Source: an uncultured Staphylococcaceae bacterium
GTDB lineage: Bacteria > Bacillota_I > Bacilli_A > RFN20 > CAG-826
Assembly (NCBI GenBank): GCA_964497235.1
Contig: CAZCCJ010000005.1
Location: forward strand, 371 to 64,370
Length of the DNA stretch: 64,000 nucleotides
Direction: 5' to 3'
Made by a program: the position numbers and the translations under genes. Positions 16,883 to 24,469 of this stretch are shown here, piece by piece. Numbering within the stretch: the stretch's first letter is position 1; each line of letters opens with the position of its first letter. The notes under the pieces were generated by a model. It was not told the DNA's origin. It did no database searches and saw only the letters and a program-made list of their open reading frames with translations.

Positions 16883-19800
16883 ATGAGAAAAAAGATAATT
16901 CCATTATTGGTTCTGGTCCCCGCTTCATTAGCTGTCGCCGCCTCTTCTTTCTCCTCCTTGGAAGTGGCTGCGGAAGCTTCAACGAAGGACTTGTTTGATT
17001 ATTCGACGAAACTCCTTAAGACCAAAGAGGGATATGTCGATCCATCGACCGGCAAAAAGGGCCTACTCATGTATGGATACGAGAAAGGCATGTCGGCAAC
17101 CTTCAAAACCCCATTCGACGGCATCTTCACATCAGAGATAATCGCCATCAAGGAAAACGGCAACCCATCGGTTGGGAACTACACTTTGACGTTTACCGAC
17201 GTCGAGACCTCGAAATCGTTCAAACTAGGCGTCTATGGCTATAGCGACTATAGTTACGCTTATATCGAAGTCGACGGCGAGAAAGCTGGAATCTTTTATT
17301 ATCATACCGACTGGAGCAATACCGACGCCGCGATTTGCTACACCGCCGGTTATAATGCCTCCAATATCTACACAAAAATCGCGGGTCAGGATCTTAAGAT
17401 GCAATTCGACCCATCGACGATGGCCGTGAAAGCGGTCACGCCCGATGGCGCGTATCATGATGTTTGGAATTTCTCGTCAATCTATAACGATGGAAAGAGA
17501 TTGGAAAACGACTTGGGGAATTTCGCCAGTTATACCGTCACTTTAACCTTTGAAAGCATCACGAATTACACATTGTCTCCTCTTTTGGTGACGAATTTCG
17601 GCGGATATTCGTTCGAAGAGCCGTTATCGGATGTCAAATCGAGCATCAGAGCCTCCTTCAAATCCAAAGCGGTCGCTTTGCACGAATATACGCTTCCGAC
17701 GCCGATAGCGTCCAACCCGATCAAAGGGGTTCTCGATGATTCGAAGATGTCCGTCAAAGTCTATGACGCCGATAAAAATTTAGTGGCCGAAGCGCTCAAA
17801 TTCACGCCAGCGAAGGCCGGCGATTACTTCGTCGTCTATCAATATAGCGACGATACCGAGACCATCTCCCGCATATTCAAACTTCCGGTTCTTGAATCAT
17901 CCTCCGTCGACTACAGTTTCAGTTTCGATGAGACGTATTCCCTAGATATAAGCAATACCTATGGACTGCATAAGGAAGTTTATCTTCCGAAATCGAAGAT
18001 AAAGAGCAACCTCTCGCTTGCGTCATCGCCTGAAGAAGCGGTGATTCGCATCAAGAAAGACGGCGTGGCATTACCAGATTACAATGGCGTGCGCGGCGGA
18101 TTTTCCTATAGCTTCGATCAATATGGCGAATATGAGATAAGCTACGAATCGTCGAACAACGACGGCGTGAAAGATTCGAGAATCGTCAAAATCGAAAAAG
18201 AAGTGGCGTCGCTCGTGACAGATAATTCGACATCGCATAAGAAAGGCGATTCTTTTGCCTTGAAAGATGGCAAAGTGTATCAAAACGACAAGGAATACGT
18301 CGCTACTCCAACTCTTTATTACCCATCTGGCAAATCGGCCGCCGGTGATGTGACTCTAAGCGAAAGCGGCAAATATTCCATCCAATACGAATATGAAATA
18401 GACGGAGCAAAGAAATATCTATCGGAAACATTCTATATCTATGATGAGAAGGCTTCTTTATTCGAAAGCGAAGGGGCAAGCGGAGTGAGCTACGAAACCT
18501 ACGCCTATGACAATCGCTATAAAGGAGTGAAGCTTTCTTTGGCGGATAACTCGAAAGTCGTCTATAAGAAAACGATAGATCTTAACGACAACAGATTCGA
18601 TGAGACATTGGATGACTTAAGTCAAAATACGAAGTTATTGGAACTACGTTACGCCGCCCATGGCGTCGGAAGCGTCGACGCAGAGACCGTTTACGTCACT
18701 TTGACAGACGCCGACAACAAAGACAATTACGTCATGATTCGTATGAAATACTTGGCTTATATGCCACGTTTCACGAGAATTCGCGCCAAAGCGGTCGGTC
18801 AAGGCTGGGTCGGATATTATTATGACTTTGATACCGGTGATTTAGGACAAGTGGACAACGCCCAAGTCCATGAAGATGGCGGATTCATAGCCGATTTCGA
18901 TATGTCCGGCATGGCAAATGGCAGAAGCACCGACGAGACGTCGCTTCAATTATATTTTGATAATGACACAGGCCGTTTATACTCGAGGCCATGGCAATTA
19001 TACGGAACGGCTGATGGCTATAAGGACAACCGCGTTTCCTGGCTCGTCCGCGATTTCTCGACGAGCGATTCGATCCTTTCCGGCGGCGATACGGCCTGGA
19101 CGGGATTCGGAAGCGGCAAGGTCGAGCTCGCAATCCACGCGACCAGCATTTCCTCGACGGCCGATTACTACGTGACGGAAATCGACGGAGAGAAACTCGA
19201 TAACGAGTACATCGCCGATGAGCAAGGGCCTGCGATAAACGTTTCCGATGACGAGCTTCCGAAAGGCGAGGTCGGCAAACTATACCGCTATCCATCTTTT
19301 GATGTGAGCGACTCTTCCGGCGTCGCTTCTAAAAAGACGCTTGTATACCTTGGCAACACCTTAGTGGCCGATGGAGGGGAAGGATTCACGCCGACAAGCA
19401 GCGGCACCTATCGGCTTCTTATGACCGCCAGCGACTATTTCGGCAATCAATCCTCGGTCGAGAAGAAGATCGAAGTGCTTTCCTATAGCGATCCTCTTTC
19501 GATAACGTTAGATGGAGAAGTGCCGTCGAGCGCGACTTTGGGAAGCTATATAACCCTTCCTAAATTCTTGGTTAGCGGTGGCGTTGGAGGATATACGACA
19601 TCCATCTCCGTCACGAGCGGAAACAAAGAAGTGGAAATCGAGAACAACCGCATCTACATCGATCGTTTGACCGATTACATTGTCCGCTTCATCGCGACCG
19701 ATTACGTTGGGAATACTACGAAAATCATTCGTAAAATACAGGGCATAACCGCTCTTGATACACCGGTTTTCGAAGAGTCCGACTTGGATTTGCCGTTAAG

Positions 19801-21121
19801 TCTCTTTGAAGGCGATAGCTATGATCTCACGCGTTTCGTGGCTCCTTATTTCACTAGCGAAGGCGTGATGAGCGAAGTCTCTCCGAAAGTGACGGTGACT
19901 GATGGAAACGGAACGAAAATCCTGTCGTTTGGCGAAGAATACATTCCAGTTTCCTCTGATAGCGTCAAATCGGCGACGATAGAACTTCTTTTCGAGAAAG
20001 ACGGCCATGAGAAGAAGATAAGCAAAGAGATTCCGATCGTTAAGCCGCAAAACGGGAAATTAGGCTTCATGGCCGCTTATTTCGCCGGCGAGAGTTGCTC
20101 AATAGAAGCCACTGACGATGGCGTTGAAGCGACGGCTACGGCGAAAGGAATGCGTTTTGACTTCGCCCGTTCTTTGTTTGGAAAGAAATTCAACATAACG
20201 TGGGATGCTTCGAAAGTAAGCGACCACACTTTGACATTGCGCGATTCAATAGATTCTAGCGAGGCGATCGAACTCCATTTCCACCGCGAAGGAACGAAGC
20301 TATATCTATCGGTCAATGGTGCGAACGACATACGTTTCTATGAAGACGGCGATAACATCATCGGCTTGACGTATAAAGAGTCGGACAAAGGAATATATGA
20401 TTCGAGGGGCAACCTTGTGGCGAGCGTTTTAAACAATGCCGATGGCTCCTCTTTCAACGGTTTTTCCTCAGAATTGCTTCGTTTTGAGTTCGAAAGCGAG
20501 GAAGAGAATTCTTCGATAACCGTCAAGAACATCGACAATCAGATCATCAACAACATCAAAGCGGACCGCATTGGACCGGCCGTTTATTCGACTGGATCAT
20601 TATCGGGTCGTTATAAAGCGGGCTCAATGATCGCCATCCCGAAAGTGATTGGATACGATGTGCTCGGAAACGTCGCCAGCGCTGAGGTAAGCGTCTCTTG
20701 CGATGGGGCGGTGCTAAAGAAGGGGACGCCAGAGGAAGTCGGAGATAGCTTCACTCCAACTGAAATCGGCTCATACCGAATAACCTATACATTCAAAGAC
20801 GAGAAGAACAACCGCTCGACTTATTCCTATTATTTCTCCGTCTATGACGACGTGTCGCCGACATTGACGTTATCATCTCCGATGCCGAAAGAAGCGAAGG
20901 TCGGAGAAAAAGTGGTTCTCCCGGCTTACGTCATTAACGATCAGGATTCTTCAAGCGTCGTCGCCAACATCTATTGCATCGATGCCGATGGCGAGGTGAA
21001 TAACATCACCGACAGCGCTTCTTTCGTGGCGAGCAAACGAGGCATCTACACAATCAATTATTATCTCATTGATCAAAACGGCAACACTGGCTTCTATAGC
21101 TATGAAATCGTCGTGAAATAG
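16883..21121 (+). CDS. Giant (1412 aa) surface protein: array of Ig-like (HYR/DUF5011-like) domains with lectin-like inserts
   Basis: Signal peptide MRKKIIPLLVLVPASLAVAA. The domain-end signature G-x-Y-x-(I/V)-x-Y-x-x-x-D-x-x-G-N recurs (SGTYRLLMTASDYFGN, LTDYIVRFIATDYVGN, IGSYRITYTFKDEKNN, RGIYTINYYLIDQNGN and others). No LPXTG motif. Confidence 0.75.
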   Translation: MRKKIIPLLVLVPASLAVAASSFSSLEVAAEASTKDLFDYSTKLLKTKEGYVDPSTGKKGLLMYGYEKGMSATFKTPFDGIFTSEIIAIKENGNPSVGNYTLTFTDVETSKSFKLGVYGYSDYSYAYIEVDGEKAGIFYYHTDWSNTDAAICYTAGYNASNIYTKIAGQDLKMQFDPSTMAVKAVTPDGAYHDVWNFSSIYNDGKRLENDLGNFASYTVTLTFESITNYTLSPLLVTNFGGYSFEEPLSDVKSSIRASFKSKAVALHEYTLPTPIASNPIKGVLDDSKMSVKVYDADKNLVAEALKFTPAKAGDYFVVYQYSDDTETISRIFKLPVLESSSVDYSFSFDETYSLDISNTYGLHKEVYLPKSKIKSNLSLASSPEEAVIRIKKDGVALPDYNGVRGGFSYSFDQYGEYEISYESSNNDGVKDSRIVKIEKEVASLVTDNSTSHKKGDSFALKDGKVYQNDKEYVATPTLYYPSGKSAAGDVTLSESGKYSIQYEYEIDGAKKYLSETFYIYDEKASLFESEGASGVSYETYAYDNRYKGVKLSLADNSKVVYKKTIDLNDNRFDETLDDLSQNTKLLELRYAAHGVGSVDAETVYVTLTDADNKDNYVMIRMKYLAYMPRFTRIRAKAVGQGWVGYYYDFDTGDLGQVDNAQVHEDGGFIADFDMSGMANGRSTDETSLQLYFDNDTGRLYSRPWQLYGTADGYKDNRVSWLVRDFSTSDSILSGGDTAWTGFGSGKVELAIHATSISSTADYYVTEIDGEKLDNEYIADEQGPAINVSDDELPKGEVGKLYRYPSFDVSDSSGVASKKTLVYLGNTLVADGGEGFTPTSSGTYRLLMTASDYFGNQSSVEKKIEVLSYSDPLSITLDGEVPSSATLGSYITLPKFLVSGGVGGYTTSISVTSGNKEVEIENNRIYIDRLTDYIVRFIATDYVGNTTKIIRKIQGITALDTPVFEESDLDLPLSLFEGDSYDLTRFVAPYFTSEGVMSEVSPKVTVTDGNGTKILSFGEEYIPVSSDSVKSATIELLFEKDGHEKKISKEIPIVKPQNGKLGFMAAYFAGESCSIEATDDGVEATATAKGMRFDFARSLFGKKFNITWDASKVSDHTLTLRDSIDSSEAIELHFHREGTKLYLSVNGANDIRFYEDGDNIIGLTYKESDKGIYDSRGNLVASVLNNADGSSFNGFSSELLRFEFESEEENSSITVKNIDNQIINNIKADRIGPAVYSTGSLSGRYKAGSMIAIPKVIGYDVLGNVASAEVSVSCDGAVLKKGTPEEVGDSFTPTEIGSYRITYTFKDEKNNRSTYSYYFSVYDDVSPTLTLSSPMPKEAKVGEKVVLPAYVINDQDSSSVVANIYCIDADGEVNNITDSASFVASKRGIYTINYYLIDQNGNTGFYSYEIVVK

Positions 21122-21132
21122 GAGGAAAAAAG

Positions 21133-23052
21133 ATGAAAAAAATCACTAAAAGCGCATTATTCGCTTCGACGGTCTTCCTCTTCGCTTTGTCTTCTTGTAG
21201 TCCTGACGTGAAAGATAGCTCTTCCTCAAGCATCGATACGGATTCATCCTCTAGCCGCGCCGAGCCGACTGGCAAATATATCGTGACCAACGGCACGTCG
21301 AGCTATACGATCGTCATCTCAGAAGACGCCGACGCCAATGTCTCGTTCGCCGCGAGCGAGTTACAGAGTTTCTTGAAGGCTTCGACGGACGCCCTCCTTC
21401 CCATCGTTTCCGATTCATCGCTTTCTAGCGTTGACGGCTACTATATTTCTTTGGGCTCGACGAAGATATTCGATCATTACGAGATCACGATACCGGAGAG
21501 CTTAGGAAGAACTGGATACGTGATGAAAAGAATGGACGACACCCTTTTGATCAACGCGATAGACGGCGCTGGCGTCTATAGTGCGGTCTACGACATGCTT
21601 TCCGATGCCATAAACCTAGAGATCTATTCGCACGACGAATACACATACGACACAAAGACGGAAGTGGAGCTATTGGACTACAACGTCGAGTTCGAGCCGC
21701 TCATGGACATGAGAAGGCTTATTCTCAAAAACGTTTCATCGTCCACTCTCTATAGGAGGAGGTTAAGGCTCTATTCGGATCTGCAAAAGGGCAAATGGGC
21801 CGCTTTCGCGCATACGACGATAACCAAATATCTTCCGTATAACACCTATGGAACGGCACATAAAGATTGGTATAACGCGGGCGGAACGCAGGTTTGCTAT
21901 AGCAATCCCGAGGTTCTTAACGCCATAGCCGATGCCATGAAGACTTGCATCCTCGATAACCCTGAGGCCATCTGGATTCAAATGGGACATGAGGATAACC
22001 TCGATATGTGCACTTGCGACAATTGCATCGCGGAGCGCGAACTCTATGGCGGATATGGCGGACAAGAGCTCGAATTCACGAATAAATTAGAGGAAATCCT
22101 CGATCCGTGGCTTGCCAAAGTGGCTCCGGAAAGAAGCATGAAATACGTCTTCTTTGCCTATCAAACGAGTCAAGAACCGCCGGCAAAGTGGGATGAGGCA
22201 ACACAAAAATACGTGCCGGTCTCTTCGAAATTCCGCGTCAATGATAATGTCATGGTCATGTATTGCCCGATCGACGCCGATTTCTCGAAGAAGATGAGCG
22301 ATCCGAAGAACGCCACCCAATACAATCAACTCACCGGTTGGGGCGATATTTTCGATAGCGTCGGAAAACATGGTGAGATTTTCGTTTGGACATATTCGCT
22401 AAGCGCATTGGCTTCGATGGTTCCGCTAAATAACTTCGGCGTCTATGAAGAACATTACGCGTTCTTCTCGAAAGTCGGCGTCAAGCAGATCATAGATCAG
22501 AGCTATTCGGATACCGGAACGCCATCGTTAGAAGCGCTAAAGGCCTACACGCAAGCGAGGCTCATGTATACGCAGAAGGAATCCTATCAGGAACTCGCGA
22601 CGAAATTCATGAACCAATATTACGGCGAAGCGAGGGAGGCGATGAAGAAGTATTACAACCTCCTTCGTTCGCACTATAAATACCTCGAAGAAACGAAAGG
22701 GCTTGGAGCATACGTCAAAAGCGACCTTTATCAATCGAGCTATTGGAGTTATGAGATCCTAAATAAATTCTTCTCCTTGATGGAAGAAGGAATAGAGGCG
22801 ATTTCCGTCATCAAAGAAAGCAATCCGAATAGATACAAGAAACTATACGATCGCCTTCGCACGGAAGAATGCTTCCCGATTTATATGATCCTCCGCTTCT
22901 ACATGAGCGAGCTTTCTCCAAACGAGAAGAAAGAATATTGGAATATCTTCAGCGAATATTCGACGAAAGGCGATATGATCGGATCTGCGGAAAGCACATT
23001 CGATATGAGCGAGCAAATCGAAACTTGGAGGACCTCGATTTTCGGGGAATGA
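21133..23052 (+). CDS. DUF4838-like lipoprotein (putative glycoside hydrolase-like)
   Basis: Lipobox LSSC. N-terminal YTIVISEDADANVSFAASELQSFLK...YISLG pattern. Central HTTITKYLP...VCYSNPEVLN...MGHEDNLDMCTCDNCIAERE...VFFAYQ pattern that I associate with DUF4838. Assigned from memory, so tentative. Confidence 0.65.
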   Translation: MKKITKSALFASTVFLFALSSCSPDVKDSSSSSIDTDSSSSRAEPTGKYIVTNGTSSYTIVISEDADANVSFAASELQSFLKASTDALLPIVSDSSLSSVDGYYISLGSTKIFDHYEITIPESLGRTGYVMKRMDDTLLINAIDGAGVYSAVYDMLSDAINLEIYSHDEYTYDTKTEVELLDYNVEFEPLMDMRRLILKNVSSSTLYRRRLRLYSDLQKGKWAAFAHTTITKYLPYNTYGTAHKDWYNAGGTQVCYSNPEVLNAIADAMKTCILDNPEAIWIQMGHEDNLDMCTCDNCIAERELYGGYGGQELEFTNKLEEILDPWLAKVAPERSMKYVFFAYQTSQEPPAKWDEATQKYVPVSSKFRVNDNVMVMYCPIDADFSKKMSDPKNATQYNQLTGWGDIFDSVGKHGEIFVWTYSLSALASMVPLNNFGVYEEHYAFFSKVGVKQIIDQSYSDTGTPSLEALKAYTQARLMYTQKESYQELATKFMNQYYGEAREAMKKYYNLLRSHYKYLEETKGLGAYVKSDLYQSSYWSYEILNKFFSLMEEGIEAISVIKESNPNRYKKLYDRLRTEECFPIYMILRFYMSELSPNEKKEYWNIFSEYSTKGDMIGSAESTFDMSEQIETWRTSIFGE

Positions 23053-23055
23053 CCT

Positions 23056-24456
23056 ATGAAAAAAATCCTAGTCTTAGCATGCGCAGCGTTGCTATTAGCT
23101 TCTTGCGGAATGTCCGATGGGGCTGATTCAAACGGAAAGGGCAGCGATTCGCCCTCTTCTAGCTCGGTCGTTAGCGACGCTTTCTCATTTGTCGAAAAAG
23201 CGATAACGTTGCCGGAAGACACGACAGCGAAAGTCATATTCGAGAGCTCAAGCAAACCGACTTTCGTCTCAAGCGATTCCTCGGTCGCCGAACTTTCGTC
23301 TGATGGCACTCTCATCGCCAAAAGCGTAGGCACAACCTCGATCACCGGAACCGTCGGGAAGGCTTCCGACGTTCTTTCCGTGACCGTGACCTCCGAAGCG
23401 GATTCCTCGACTACATCCATCCTTTTATCTAAATCGTCATGCGTCCTTTCGCTCGATGGTGAAGTGACGTATCAAATCTCTGCCAAGGTCATCAAAGACG
23501 GCGTGGAAGTGCAAAATCCCGCGATTTCTTTCTCTTCCGCCGACTCTCTTCTGGCGACCGTCTCTTCTTCTGGATTGGTGACGGCGTTAAAGGAAGGCGA
23601 AACGGATATCGAGGTCTCTTATGGAAAACTCACCGCCTCCTTTAAGACGGATATCTACACCAAGGCCATCAAAACGACGGACGATTGGCTGTCGATGATC
23701 GCCGTAAACAACGTCCATGGCGATCGTTATTATTTGGCCAATGATTTGGATTTCTCGGGGATCTCCTATGTCGGATATATCGACATCGGCACGAAGGCCG
23801 ATAGCGATAGGGGATTCGGCGGCGAAGTCAACGGCTTCGGGCATTCCCTTTCAAATATCACCATGGGCACGAATATCAGCTATAACCAATCTTTATTCGG
23901 CTCGATATGCGGGGCGACGATAAGGAACATCGCCTTCGAAAACGTCGTTTTCACGCAAAGCGAGTCTGCCGCGAGATTGAATGGACTCGCCGGATATTCG
24001 TACGTTTATGAATACGATGTCGGCGGTAGCAAACTCGCGAAATTCAATGAGATATCCAACGTCTATATGGAACTCGTTTTCCCTAGCGTGGATGTCGAGA
24101 AGACCGGACTATTCGGAAATGGGTACGCTTATAACATCGACAACCTCTTCTTGGTGATGAAGAACAGCGATGGGAGCGACTTAAATCCCGAGAAATGCGC
24201 TTTGTTGAATGCCTTCCAATACTATTGGTGGGGAAATTCAAACATCGCTTCCTCCGTTCTCTATTGTCCAAATTCCATCGGGTATATTTCGGGGAACGGC
24301 GAACTCGATTCGTTGAAATACGGCACGCTCCAAACGAATAACGCCTATATCGCCTCCAGCGAGATGGACGCAATCTATGGCGCGGCGAATTATCTCGATT
24401 CCGATGTTTGGGATATCCATATGACTTCATTTCCGACTTTGAAAACGAGCGATTGA
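23056..24456 (+). CDS. Lipoprotein with two Big_2 Ig-like domains and a GLUG-like module
   Basis: Lipobox LASC. Big_2 pattern FVSSDSSVAELSSDGTLIAKSVGTTSITG...VTV, seen twice. YYLANDLDFSG...FGGEVNGFGHSLSNITM. Confidence 0.75.
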   Translation: MKKILVLACAALLLASCGMSDGADSNGKGSDSPSSSSVVSDAFSFVEKAITLPEDTTAKVIFESSSKPTFVSSDSSVAELSSDGTLIAKSVGTTSITGTVGKASDVLSVTVTSEADSSTTSILLSKSSCVLSLDGEVTYQISAKVIKDGVEVQNPAISFSSADSLLATVSSSGLVTALKEGETDIEVSYGKLTASFKTDIYTKAIKTTDDWLSMIAVNNVHGDRYYLANDLDFSGISYVGYIDIGTKADSDRGFGGEVNGFGHSLSNITMGTNISYNQSLFGSICGATIRNIAFENVVFTQSESAARLNGLAGYSYVYEYDVGGSKLAKFNEISNVYMELVFPSVDVEKTGLFGNGYAYNIDNLFLVMKNSDGSDLNPEKCALLNAFQYYWWGNSNIASSVLYCPNSIGYISGNGELDSLKYGTLQTNNAYIASSEMDAIYGAANYLDSDVWDIHMTSFPTLKTSD

Positions 24457-24469
24457 AAGGAGAAAAGAA

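Noticed and set aside
22899-23420. A 173-aa minus-strand ORF overlapping the end of the DUF4838-like gene and the start of the Big_2 gene.
   Set aside because: It is antisense to two well-supported genes, has no ribosome-binding site, and gives a low-complexity Ser/Glu/Val-rich translation.
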